Below, in pieces: positions 51,866 to 61,583 of a DNA stretch of 64,000 nucleotides. The DNA comes from Verrucomicrobiota bacterium (GTDB lineage Bacteria; Verrucomicrobiota; Verrucomicrobiia; Limisphaerales; J093): contig JADJWF010000002.1 in NCBI GenBank assembly GCA_016716505.1, positions 471,597-535,596 of the forward strand, given 5' to 3'. Position numbers and translations under genes: made by a program. The notes below the pieces were generated by a model. The model searched no databases. It was not told the DNA's origin and saw only the letters and a program-made list of their open reading frames with translations. Positions within the stretch are counted from its first letter, which is position 1, and each line of letters starts with the position of its first letter.

Positions 51866-53212
51866 ATGACGTTCCACGGCATTCTCGTCGCTCTTGGTCT
51901 GGCACTGGCACTGCCCGCCTCCGCCGCCGGCAAGCAGGTTCACTCGTTCCAGCGGATTCAATTGACACCGGAGTTCTGGGCCGAGGGGGCCCACTTCGCC
52001 GACTTCAACCGCGACGGCCACCAGGACGTCGCCTACGGGCCGTTCTGGTTCGAGGGGCCAAGGTTCACCCAGCGGCACGAGTACCGGCCGGCGACGGTGA
52101 GTTTCACCACGAAGGCGGCGGACGGCTCGGAAAAGACGATTCTCGGCTACGAGGGGGCGCTGGGCACCAAGAACGCCTACTCGGACTGCTTCTTCATCTG
52201 GACCGGCGACTTCAACGCCGACGGCTGGCCGGACATCCTCATCGTGGGCATCCCCGGCGAGCAGGCCTGGTGGTTTGAGAATCCGCAGGGCAAACGGGGG
52301 CACTGGAAGAAGCACCTCGTGCTCGACGTGGTGGACAACGAATCGCCGGAGTACCGCGACCTGGATGGCGACGGCAAACCGGAACTGGTCTGCAACCACA
52401 AGGGCTTCTTTGGTTACGCGAAGCCGGATCTCACGGACCCCACGGCCCCGTGGAAATTCACCGCCATTTCGCCGGACAACAAATACCACCGTTTCAATCA
52501 CGGTCTGGGTGTGGGCGACGTGAACGGCGACGGCCGCGTGGACCTGTTGGAGAGCAACGGGTGGTGGGAGCAGCCCGCCTCGCTGACCGGCGCGCCGATC
52601 TGGAAGCATCATCCATTTGTTTTTTGTCCGCCGACCGATCCGGGAGTCCCCGTCGGCGGGGCGCAGATGTTCGCCTACGATGTCAACGGCGACGGGTTGA
52701 ACGACGTGATCACCGCGATCGCCTGCCACGGGTACGGTCTGGCGTGGTACGAGCAGACGCGCACGGGCAGCGAGATCTCGTTCAAGCAGCATCTGTTCGT
52801 GAACAAGCGGCCGGAGGAGAACCGTCACGGGGTGGCCTTTTCCCAACCGCACGCGCTCGAACTGGTGGACATGGATGGTGACGGGCTCAAGGACCTGGTG
52901 ACGGGGAAACGCTTCTGGGCGCACGGTCCGGATGGCGACCCGGATCCCAACGGCACGCCGGTGCTGTATTGGTTCAAGCTCGCGCGTGGCCCGGACGGCA
53001 GCGTGGACTGGCTGCCGAACCTGGTGGATCGCGCTTCGGGCGTGGGCACGCAGGTGGTCGTGGGCGACCTCAACGGTGACCGGCGGCCGGACATCGTCGT
53101 GGGCAACAAGCGCGGGGCGTTCGTGTTCTTGCAGGAAGTCCGCGCCGTGGGACAGGCGGGAAGGAGCCCGGGGCGCCCGACGGTCAGCCAGGTGGATTTG
53201 CCGGTGGAATAA
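51866..53212 (+). CDS. Secreted FG-GAP/VCBS-repeat protein
   Basis: The ATG at 51866 gives the signal peptide MTFHGILVALGLALALPASAAG. Repeated FNRDGHQDV, FNADGWPDI, LDGDGKPEL, VNGDGRVDL, VNGDGLNDV, MDGDGLKDL and LNGDRRPDI integrin-like repeats follow. Confidence 0.82.
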   Translation: MTFHGILVALGLALALPASAAGKQVHSFQRIQLTPEFWAEGAHFADFNRDGHQDVAYGPFWFEGPRFTQRHEYRPATVSFTTKAADGSEKTILGYEGALGTKNAYSDCFFIWTGDFNADGWPDILIVGIPGEQAWWFENPQGKRGHWKKHLVLDVVDNESPEYRDLDGDGKPELVCNHKGFFGYAKPDLTDPTAPWKFTAISPDNKYHRFNHGLGVGDVNGDGRVDLLESNGWWEQPASLTGAPIWKHHPFVFCPPTDPGVPVGGAQMFAYDVNGDGLNDVITAIACHGYGLAWYEQTRTGSEISFKQHLFVNKRPEENRHGVAFSQPHALELVDMDGDGLKDLVTGKRFWAHGPDGDPDPNGTPVLYWFKLARGPDGSVDWLPNLVDRASGVGTQVVVGDLNGDRRPDIVVGNKRGAFVFLQEVRAVGQAGRSPGRPTVSQVDLPVE

Positions 53213-53270
53213 AACCGTCCGGCGCGCCGGGGGCGGGCTAAAACCGGGACCCAAGGAACGGGACGACCCG

Positions 53271-54494
53271 CTACGCCGGCGGCGAAACAGATTGCGCCGG
53301 CTCGGTCGGTGGAAACGCCGGCTGGGGACCGAAGCCGAACAATTCCTTGATCCATCGCCACACGGCGAGCAGTCCGATCTCGCGCACCCCGGCAGCGTTA
53401 ATCAGTTCGCGGATCCGTTCTTCGTGTCCTTTGAATCGCGGCGGGAACCGCAGCAACGAGGTCGAGTCATCGCCAACTGTTGCGTGCAATTCCGGCGCGA
53501 TGATTCCCCGTCCGACGACGTACTCGCCCGCCGGCAGCATCACTTGTCGGGGCGAGCCGACAAGCCAGGGACGAAACGCGAACTCCAGCCGGCCCGATTC
53601 GCCCCTGCGGACCTGCCCGTAGGTGCGCACGGGTACCGATTCGAGCTGGCGGGACGTGAATGCCCACAGCTTGCCAGCGGCCGGCGTGAACCAACGCCTT
53701 CGCCGCAACAGGAGATCCGTCACGAACACCGTGCCGCACACCGTCGCGCGGAAGGACCACCCAGCGATGCAGTAGCAGAAAGCGATGATGATTGCCGCCC
53801 AGACCGCGCCCAGCCAGGGGTTGGCGAAGGAGGTGAAAGTCACGGTGGACAGGATGAACGCCCGGAAGGCCTTCAAGGCCAGGTCCACGGTGCCAAACGG
53901 GCTGATGAGGATGATCACGTTGATCGCGTGGGCGGCCAGCCAGACGATGACGAAGGCAATCATCGCGAACGGGGTGAGCAGCGCGTTGAGGACCGAATCC
54001 CAACCGATGGCGGCGAAACCGGCCGCCGCCAAGGACGATGAATCGCCGCTGCCGAACAAGGAGGACACCGAGATCATCAGAGGCACAAACGCTCCCACGG
54101 CGACCAACCCGCTGAGTTTGTTCTCGATCACCTCAGCGACATCCAACGGCTTTTTTAGGACCGTGGGAACCACGGGCCCGGCAATATCCTTGGCGAATAC
54201 GACGCCCACCAGCAGCAGCGCGGGGAGCCAGAACCACGGCTGGGCAAACCACGGCAGCCGGGGGCGCGTCTCCGCGGTCGCTTCGAAGTACTTCCACGCA
54301 CCCACCGCGCCGACGCCCAGCAGCGGTGAAATCGCCACCCCCGTGAGCATCGAGATGGTTTGCGCCAATTCAACGCCGGGCGCCGGCCGGGCAGGAGCGG
54401 CCGCCGCGGCCGCCGGCACGGGCACCCAGGTCAACCAACCGATTACCGCCACCAGCCCAATCCATCGAACGGATGTGAACGCTTGCACGCGCAA
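53271..54494 (-). CDS. Hypothetical polytopic membrane protein
   Basis: 407 aa: signal-like N-terminus, at least 6 hydrophobic segments and a soluble C-terminal domain. TTG start. I recognise no family. Confidence 0.6.
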   Translation of the reverse strand: MRVQAFTSVRWIGLVAVIGWLTWVPVPAAAAAAPARPAPGVELAQTISMLTGVAISPLLGVGAVGAWKYFEATAETRPRLPWFAQPWFWLPALLLVGVVFAKDIAGPVVPTVLKKPLDVAEVIENKLSGLVAVGAFVPLMISVSSLFGSGDSSSLAAAGFAAIGWDSVLNALLTPFAMIAFVIVWLAAHAINVIILISPFGTVDLALKAFRAFILSTVTFTSFANPWLGAVWAAIIIAFCYCIAGWSFRATVCGTVFVTDLLLRRRRWFTPAAGKLWAFTSRQLESVPVRTYGQVRRGESGRLEFAFRPWLVGSPRQVMLPAGEYVVGRGIIAPELHATVGDDSTSLLRFPPRFKGHEERIRELINAAGVREIGLLAVWRWIKELFGFGPQPAFPPTEPAQSVSPPA

Positions 54495-54551
54495 GACGAT
54501 TGCCGCCGCGGGACCGTTCGCAAGCGGGAAGAAGTCGGCCGGGCGCCGGGC

Positions 54552-55949
54552 TCACACCTCGCGCGATACTCCGGGCACCGGCGCGGGGTAACGCCCGTTG
54601 GCGTCCGCTTTCACGGGGGCCGGACTGCGCTCGTTCAAGCGGTCCACGTCCGGGCAGAACGTGAAGTCTGAGGCCAGCGCCTCGTCCCAGGTGATGATCT
54701 GGCCGGAGTGAACCGCCGCGCGGCCCATGATGGCGGCGAGATTGGAGTAGGCCGCGCGTTTCGCCTCGTTGTGGGGTTTGTTGTTCCGGATGGCGTCGAG
54801 CAACACATTCCATTCTGCCTGCCAAGGATCCACCGTTTCCCGTTCAGGCCGCCAGGCGATGTTCGCGCGTTCGATCCGTTGATCGCGATACATCGCCACA
54901 GTTGGCGCGTGGACGTCGCCCGAAAACTGGGCGGCGCATTTCGTGCCGTGAACGAAGGTTGCGAAGTCATTGTGGCACTTGGGAATGTAACGGCCGGTGA
55001 CCAGGGCCTTGGTGCCATCGGCGAAGGTGTACTCGACCGAATAGGAGTCGAAGTTTTGCGAACAGTCGGCGCTGTCCGGCCCGCGTCCGCCAACCCCGTG
55101 GGCCATCACGGGCCAGCCGTCCTTCAACCAGCAGCACTCGTCAATCTGGTGGATCATCAACTCGATGAAGATGCCTGACGAGGCCCACAGAAACTGGTAC
55201 GGGAGGCGAATTTGCGCGAGGAGTTCACTGGGCTGCGGGTTCAACGGCCCCATGCGGTAACCCGAGTCCATGCGGTAAGCGCGAATCAACTGGAGGTCGC
55301 CCATGGCGCCGTCACGAATGCGTCGGATCAAGGCCTGCCGCGCGGAGGAGTGTCGGCACATCACGCCAGCAGCGATCTTCAAGCCCTTCTTTTCGGCTGC
55401 CTCGCCCGCGCGCAGGATCCGCTTCACCCCGCCCGGGTCGGGCGCGAAGGTTTTTTCCATGAAGACGTGCAGTCCCTTCTCGACGGCGTACTCGACATGA
55501 CGCGGCCGGAACGCGGCGTGCGTCGTGCAGAGGACGACATCGCCGGGGCGCAACGCATCCATCGCCTGCTTGTAGGCGTCGAAGCCCAGAAACCGGCGGT
55601 CGGGCGGCACGTCAACTTGCGCGGCATATTTCTCACGGAGACTCTGGTAGGAGCGGGCGAGGCGATCCTCGAACAAGTCGGCCATGGCCACCAGCTTGGT
55701 CGGACCGCCGGGCGCTTCGAGCGCGTTCGCCACCGCGCCGGTACCCCGCCCTCCGCAGCCGACAATCGCGAGGCGGATGGTGTTGTCCTCAGCAGCATGC
55801 ACGGCTGGAAGCTTTACTCCGGCGAGCGCTGTAGCGGCCGCCGCCCGCGCGGTGGCGCCGAGGAATGCGCGACGGGAAGTGGGGTGTGGGCTGGGAGGTG
55901 GCGGCGTGAGCGAGGAGGCTTTCAGGTGAGGCTGGAGTGGCATAAGCAT
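54552..55949 (-). CDS. TAT-signal Gfo/Idh/MocA-family oxidoreductase
   Basis: Twin-arginine leader SRRAFLGATARAAAATALAG, followed by IRLAIVGCGGRGTG (Rossmann) and an MEKT motif. Confidence 0.88.
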   Translation of the reverse strand: MLMPLQPHLKASSLTPPPPSPHPTSRRAFLGATARAAAATALAGVKLPAVHAAEDNTIRLAIVGCGGRGTGAVANALEAPGGPTKLVAMADLFEDRLARSYQSLREKYAAQVDVPPDRRFLGFDAYKQAMDALRPGDVVLCTTHAAFRPRHVEYAVEKGLHVFMEKTFAPDPGGVKRILRAGEAAEKKGLKIAAGVMCRHSSARQALIRRIRDGAMGDLQLIRAYRMDSGYRMGPLNPQPSELLAQIRLPYQFLWASSGIFIELMIHQIDECCWLKDGWPVMAHGVGGRGPDSADCSQNFDSYSVEYTFADGTKALVTGRYIPKCHNDFATFVHGTKCAAQFSGDVHAPTVAMYRDQRIERANIAWRPERETVDPWQAEWNVLLDAIRNNKPHNEAKRAAYSNLAAIMGRAAVHSGQIITWDEALASDFTFCPDVDRLNERSPAPVKADANGRYPAPVPGVSREV

Positions 55950-56039
55950 GACGAGCGTATCGCCGACCGCTGATTTGGCGAGCCTTGATTGGAATGGGAG
56001 CCGGCGGACGCTCCCGGTGGCGGCGGCGCCGCCCGCCGG

Positions 56040-56993
56040 TCACTCGGCGACCTCCCGCGCGCGGTAAAAGCTCCGGGGGTAGTTGGGCGCGGTGCTGTCG
56101 AGGAACTGCCAGAAGCCGTCGTCAAGGCGACGGGTGGCGAGCGTTTCCCAAGTCACCAAGTCCTCCGAGACGTCAATGGCGTAGGTGAGCCCACGCTCGC
56201 CGTGGACGATCAACTCGAACTGGCCGCCCGGCCGACGCCCGACCAGTTCCAGCACCGGCGGGATGGTCTCTCCCGGCTCGATCGTGAGCGTGTACTCATC
56301 GAACAACAGGTAATTCTCCCCGGGCGAGCCTTGGAGGCGCACGGCCCACACGGCATCCATGTCGCTGAGGTTGAGCCGCACGTTGGGCTTGGTGGTGATG
56401 GGCTGGGAATCCACCACGACCACGCCATTGAGCATGGCCATCCACGTGTTGCGGCGGAAGTTCATGAACACGTCCAGCCAGTAGATCACGGTGTTGCTGA
56501 ACGTGAAGCCGGTGGGCTGGTAGCCCGCCGGGTCGTCGAGGTCGTAGAGGATTTCGGCGCTCCAGTTGTCGAAATCAATCGAGAACAAGCGCTGGCCGTC
56601 GCTGTTGTAGGCGCTCCAGTAAAAGTCGTCGTACTTGCCGTTGCCGGGCCACGGATCCTCGACCTGCATCAACACACTGAACTTGACGACCGACTCGCCG
56701 GGTCGCGGCACCGGCTCGGGCAACGGCCGCCACAGACTCAAGGTGCGGTCTTTCGGCGCCGGCGGCGTGTACCCGATGAAGGCCTGCTGTCCGAAGCCGG
56801 CAAAGAAGTTGGTCACCAGGCCGTTGCCGCCCGAACCTTCGGCAATCCAGCCTTGCTGGCCGCGCAATTCGCAGCACGAGTTGTAGCCCTCGGAGGCCTC
56901 GAAACCCGTGTAGAATACCAACCGGCCCTCCGCAGCTCGCATTCCGCCAGCCAGCAGGGTCAAGACGGTAAGAGCCGCCAGAGCCGGAACCAT
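56040..56993 (-). CDS. Secreted hypothetical protein with a conserved C-terminal module
   Basis: The signal-like MVPALAALTVLTLLAGGMRAAEG at 56993 is the preferred start. The maximal ORF reaches 57191, a GTG overlapping the upstream stop. The C-terminus YAIDVSEDLVTWETL...PRSFYRA resembles the tails of two other proteins here. Confidence 0.55.
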   Translation of the reverse strand: MVPALAALTVLTLLAGGMRAAEGRLVFYTGFEASEGYNSCCELRGQQGWIAEGSGGNGLVTNFFAGFGQQAFIGYTPPAPKDRTLSLWRPLPEPVPRPGESVVKFSVLMQVEDPWPGNGKYDDFYWSAYNSDGQRLFSIDFDNWSAEILYDLDDPAGYQPTGFTFSNTVIYWLDVFMNFRRNTWMAMLNGVVVVDSQPITTKPNVRLNLSDMDAVWAVRLQGSPGENYLLFDEYTLTIEPGETIPPVLELVGRRPGGQFELIVHGERGLTYAIDVSEDLVTWETLATRRLDDGFWQFLDSTAPNYPRSFYRAREVAE

Positions 56994-57187
56994 CAAGCCC
57001 CCGAACCGTGCCGACCGCTGACGGTCGCCAAAGATACCGGCTTCCCGGGGATAGGCGCCCGCGTGGTTCCCGTTGGCCTCAACGGATTGAGGATCACCGG
57101 TGCCGGATGGGATCATCCAGCGAATCTTGTTTAGGAAGTGGATCCCGTAACGGGGTTCGTCAGGACGATCCATCGTTATTCCAGGTG

Positions 57188-59668
57188 TCACTTGGGCTGC
57201 GGCGCTCCGCTGCCTCGTGCGCCGGTGGCGGGTGTGGGCGGCGGCGAACTGAGCGGGGACATCGTCGGGGCAGCCGGGGCTGGCGCGGGAGCCGCGGACG
57301 GCGCGCCGCCCGCGCGCCCCCCAACCGCTGGCGCGTTGAAAGACGGTGGCGCGGAGCGTTGCGGAAGACCGGACGCCGGTGGGTTATAGGTCGCCGCTCC
57401 CCCCGAACGGGTCGGCGGACTGTTAAACGAGGGTGCGGGCACCGACCGCGACGGCGCGGCAGCAGGCGGAACCAGACCCGGGCTGGCGACACGACCCGGT
57501 TGGCCGGGCGCGGCCGACCCCGGGTTCGAGAACTTCGGGGCCACCGCCGTCGGCGGGCCTGCCGCCGGGTTACGGGCCACTTCTCCCCGGGATGGCGCGG
57601 TGACCGGCCCTTGGTAAACGGATGCGTTGCCGGACGGTGCCGCTCCGGTGTTCACCGGCGGGGCTGACCGCTGCGGAACGGACGGCGATGGAGGAACGGC
57701 AATGCCCGGTGTTTCCCGCGACGGCGGAGTCGAGGGTGAGCCACGCCCCGGCGAAGTGGTCGGGCGCGCCGGCACCGTCGAATTCGGCCTGGAACGCACG
57801 GGCGCCGTGACCGCGTCGCCCGTTCGGCCCGTGGTTGCCGTCTCGCGCGGCGGCACCACCGCCGGTTGCGGACCTGCGGCGCCCGCCGAGCCGCGCATCG
57901 GCGCGGTGGTTCCGCCGGCGGCCGCCGGCGGGGTCGCCCCTGTGCGGCCCGGGGTGGATTCAGAAGTCCGGTTGACCGGCACGACTTCTCCGGGGCGCGG
58001 AGTCGGCGCCGAAGCCCGTGCAGGAGGGGCCACGGGGGTCGTGCGGCTGCGCAGCGGAACAGTCGCGCCGCCGGACGAAGGGGCCAGTGCGGAAGTCGGC
58101 CGCTCGCTGGGAGTTTCGCCGGCGCGCTCGGAAGAACGCCGCATTGGCACCGCCGCGCCGGGCGCCAGGGCCGGATTCGAGCGGCTCAGTTCCTGGCTGG
58201 CACGGGTTGGCACCGTTGCCGAGGCCGGCGGTACGGCATCCACGCGCGCCCGGGCGAAGCCGGGTTGCTCCGGAATGGTGGGCCGATAGACAGCGAGCTG
58301 GGTTTCCCGACTCCCGCGCCCGACGGCGTTACCGGGTGGGATCCTCGTGGGCGAAGAGGCTTCAGTCAGCGTGGCGCGCGGAACCTCTTTACGCGTGAGC
58401 TCGGTATAGCGCTGCGGCGGAACGCCGCCATTCACAATGGTGCCGTTGTTGTAGGTCACGTTGTTGATGATCGTCGTGTTGTGAATGTGGACGATTTCCT
58501 GTCGCGGCGGGCGATAGCGGTAGGGGTGAGGGCTGCAGAAATAGGCGGGCGGAACGTACGTGTACCAATCCCAACCGAGGTTGAAGCCGAAGCTGATGCT
58601 GACACTCGATCCGTGCCAGGTGAGTCCTACCCCGGTCGTCCAGCACGCCGCGGGCGGCAACGGCGCCCAGCCCCAGTACGCGTCACTGTAGCGCCACGTC
58701 ACCCAGGCCGGCGCCCACACGCTGCCCGGCACCCACACCCAACCGCAGGCGGGACTGAGATACCAGCGGCCGTAGTGGAATGGCCCCCAACCCCAGGTGT
58801 AGAAGGAATTCCAGTACCAACCGGCACTCGTCCACACCCACACACCATTGTGCGCGTAAGGGCGCCAATCCGGCACCGTGCGCACCACCGCGGGCTGCCA
58901 GCACCAACCGTACGCGGGCAGATAGATCCACGAGCCGTAGGGCGACAGCGCCGAATACCAGTATCCGTACGCCTCCGTGACTGGCTGGGTGACCGTGGCC
59001 GGCTGCGCCGGAGGCGGCACTTGCGTCACGGTCTGCGGCGGCGGATTCGGGGCGGCGCTTGCAGATTCTGCGACGGGGGGCGGGGGCGCGGTGGCAGCCT
59101 GCACCGCCGCGCGGGGCGCGCCCTGCTCGCGGAGGTCATGGCCACGCTTGACGATCGCCGCGATCACCTCATCCGAAAGCCCCACGTCCTTGAGGTACAG
59201 CACATCGTCAGCACTCAATTCGTAAGCCACCTGCGCCTTACGGATGAACTCGAGCAGGACCTGGTCACCCACCGAAGCTGCGGCAAGATCGAGGATTTCA
59301 TTCACGACGGAAGGCAACGGCGGGCGCTGCGCCGGCACTGCCGCCACGGCGACGTCGTTGGCCTCCGACACCGGCTCGGGCGACGGAGCAGGCGTCTCCA
59401 CCGTTGCCGGTGCGGGGGGCGGAGTCGCGGCCGCCGCAGGTGCGGCCACCGGTGCCGGCGCGACCGGGCTCGACGCCGGCGATGCCGGAGGCACGACGGT
59501 CACGGCACCCGAAGCCGCGGCCGGCTGGGGAGGCGGGAGCCGGGTGTAGGTGGTGTGAACCGCCGACTCCTTGCGGCCGGTGTCACCGTCGCTCTTGCAG
59601 CCCGCCAAGATCAGCGAGCCGGTCACAAGGAGGACGCCGAACACGGGATGGACAGGCAGAGTTTTCAT
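57188..59668 (-). CDS. Lipoprotein with a Trp-rich (YxWGxW-type) central domain and a disordered Pro/Ser/Ala-rich tail of about 430 aa
   Basis: Lipobox LILAGC. The central block is YGYWYSALSPYGSWIYLPAYGWCWQPAVV...GPFHYGRWYLSPACGWVWVPGSVWAPAWVTWRY. The second half is low complexity. Confidence 0.7.
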   Translation of the reverse strand: MKTLPVHPVFGVLLVTGSLILAGCKSDGDTGRKESAVHTTYTRLPPPQPAAASGAVTVVPPASPASSPVAPAPVAAPAAAATPPPAPATVETPAPSPEPVSEANDVAVAAVPAQRPPLPSVVNEILDLAAASVGDQVLLEFIRKAQVAYELSADDVLYLKDVGLSDEVIAAIVKRGHDLREQGAPRAAVQAATAPPPPVAESASAAPNPPPQTVTQVPPPAQPATVTQPVTEAYGYWYSALSPYGSWIYLPAYGWCWQPAVVRTVPDWRPYAHNGVWVWTSAGWYWNSFYTWGWGPFHYGRWYLSPACGWVWVPGSVWAPAWVTWRYSDAYWGWAPLPPAACWTTGVGLTWHGSSVSISFGFNLGWDWYTYVPPAYFCSPHPYRYRPPRQEIVHIHNTTIINNVTYNNGTIVNGGVPPQRYTELTRKEVPRATLTEASSPTRIPPGNAVGRGSRETQLAVYRPTIPEQPGFARARVDAVPPASATVPTRASQELSRSNPALAPGAAVPMRRSSERAGETPSERPTSALAPSSGGATVPLRSRTTPVAPPARASAPTPRPGEVVPVNRTSESTPGRTGATPPAAAGGTTAPMRGSAGAAGPQPAVVPPRETATTGRTGDAVTAPVRSRPNSTVPARPTTSPGRGSPSTPPSRETPGIAVPPSPSVPQRSAPPVNTGAAPSGNASVYQGPVTAPSRGEVARNPAAGPPTAVAPKFSNPGSAAPGQPGRVASPGLVPPAAAPSRSVPAPSFNSPPTRSGGAATYNPPASGLPQRSAPPSFNAPAVGGRAGGAPSAAPAPAPAAPTMSPLSSPPPTPATGARGSGAPQPK

Positions 59669-59977
59669 GACTCAACGTAGGGAAGCTGCCGAGGGCGGAG
59701 TCCGGCGTCAAATCCAGCGCCCGACGGGGCCGGCGGCGGCGCGGCGGGCGTTGGAACTGCGCTTTGGACTGACCGTGCTCATGACTTTACCGATGGTGCG
59801 ATCGTTTGCTGAACTGGCCGGGCCGGCGCGCCCTCCGGGGCTCACTGGCCCGCGTCACCGTCATTCGAGCAGATTGACCTAAAGCCACGCGCGCTTATTC
59901 AACGGTTCAAGCGCAGTTGAATTTGGCGCAGCCCCGGTTCCCCGGCGGGCTCCGGCCGTTTCAATCGCGCCCCGGTC

Positions 59978-61555
59978 TCACGCCCAATGCAGGTAGTCGA
60001 GGTGGGGAAAGAGGTTGTCCTGCTCCTCGATGGCCTGGAGTGAGGCGGCGTTCACGCGCCCCGCCAGCAACTGCTCGTGGAGGTTGAAGAACCGCAGCAG
60101 ATGTTCCTTCACCCGGCGGGTGGCGTACTCCGGGCCGGTCCCCGTGTGCAGGATGAACGGCCAGTCGCTGGCCTGCGCCAGCAGCAGCTCGCGGCCGGCC
60201 TGCCGCAGGGCCCGCGCGGTGAGATCGTCCGCCGTCAGGAAACGCTTGGCCAGATCGGTCATGCGCTCCTCCGCGGCGCGGAGATGCGGCTGGATCCACT
60301 CGTTCTTCTCGTTCAGCCAGACGGCATAGTGACCGCCTTCGCCCCAGGTGGAGGGCTTCGGTCGCACCACTTGGAGCGTGGCGTTCTGGCGGAGATAATC
60401 CGTGGGCGTGGTGAAGGTGAGATCCGCTCCGCTCGCGAGCGCGCCACGCACGAACGCATCGAGGAACTGCAGGCCCTCGAACCACCAATGCCCGAAGAGT
60501 TCGGCGTCGTACGGCGCCACCACCAGCGGCGGGCGATCCATGATCTGGGCCGTGGCGGTCAGGCGTTTGAGCTGCGCCGTGAGAAAGTGGGCAGCATGTT
60601 CGCGCGCCGCCGCCGCCGCCGCCCGGAGGTCGTACACCTCCTTGGCTCCCCCGCCCCCGCGCGTGATCCGGTGGTACTTGATGCCCGTAAATCCCCGATG
60701 CTCCGGCGAAGGCAGGTAGGGCCGGACGTACTCGAAATCGAGATCAAAGCCGACGTCCCGGTAGAAATCGCGGTACCGGGGATCGCCCGGGTAACCCGCC
60801 TGCCGGCTCCAGACCTGCCGGGCGGAATCGAAGTCGCGACCGAAGGCCGCCAGGCCGTTCGGCGTGAACACCGGCGCAAATGTGCCGTAGCGCGGCCGCG
60901 GCGAAGCGTTCAACAGGCCGTGACTGTCCAGAACGAACCACCGGATGTTCGCGTCCTGGAGCACTCCTTCGATCTCCGGGGCGTAGGCGCATTCGGGCAA
61001 CCACAGACCCACTGGGTCGCGTCCAAACAGCGCCCGGTGGTGTTCCTGCGCCGTGCGCACCTGGGCTTTCAGCGAACCGGGATTGCGCGCGAGCAGCGGC
61101 AGCAAGGCGTGCGTGGCGGAACAGGTGATGATCTCCAGCCGGCCCGCCGCCTGGAGGCTCGCGAAGGCGCCGACCAGGTTGCGGTCACAGCCCCGCCACA
61201 GTTCCCGGAGGCGAACGAAGCGTTCGACGTAGAACTCCGCCAGCGGCCGCAGGGCTGCATCAAAATGGGTGCGGAAGACCTCCTTCTCCGCCAGCTCGAC
61301 CAGGCCGTTGAGGCGGCGCTCGAATCGCGCCTGAAGGAGCGGATCCAGCAGCATCGTGGAGAGCGTCGGCGACAGCGACAGGGTGAGTCGCACATTGAGC
61401 CGGTCCGCGCGCCAGCGCTCGAGCAGTTCCAGCAGCGGCAGATACGTTTCGAGGATCGCCTCGTACAGCCAGGCCTCCTCCAAAAAGCGTTCGTGCTCCG
61501 GATGACGGACGAACGGGAGATGCGCGTGCAGGATGAGGGCGAACTGGCCGGACAT
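59978..61555 (-). CDS. GH57-family 1,4-alpha-glucan branching enzyme
   Basis: 525 aa: FALILHAHLPFVRHPE, WLPECAY, ELFGHWWFEG, and a DUF1957-like C-terminal helical domain. Confidence 0.9.
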   Translation of the reverse strand: MSGQFALILHAHLPFVRHPEHERFLEEAWLYEAILETYLPLLELLERWRADRLNVRLTLSLSPTLSTMLLDPLLQARFERRLNGLVELAEKEVFRTHFDAALRPLAEFYVERFVRLRELWRGCDRNLVGAFASLQAAGRLEIITCSATHALLPLLARNPGSLKAQVRTAQEHHRALFGRDPVGLWLPECAYAPEIEGVLQDANIRWFVLDSHGLLNASPRPRYGTFAPVFTPNGLAAFGRDFDSARQVWSRQAGYPGDPRYRDFYRDVGFDLDFEYVRPYLPSPEHRGFTGIKYHRITRGGGGAKEVYDLRAAAAAAREHAAHFLTAQLKRLTATAQIMDRPPLVVAPYDAELFGHWWFEGLQFLDAFVRGALASGADLTFTTPTDYLRQNATLQVVRPKPSTWGEGGHYAVWLNEKNEWIQPHLRAAEERMTDLAKRFLTADDLTARALRQAGRELLLAQASDWPFILHTGTGPEYATRRVKEHLLRFFNLHEQLLAGRVNAASLQAIEEQDNLFPHLDYLHWA

Positions 61556-61583
61556 GGCGGCGGGCGGGGGTTGTTCGCCGTCG

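Noticed and set aside
51797-53254. 485-aa minus-strand ORF
   Set aside because: It is antisense to the FG-GAP repeat protein, whose repeats and signal peptide are unambiguous.
57866-59680. 604-aa plus-strand ORF
   Set aside because: It is antisense to the lipoprotein gene and Arg/Gly-rich. The lipoprotein frame has a lipobox and a structured Trp-rich domain.
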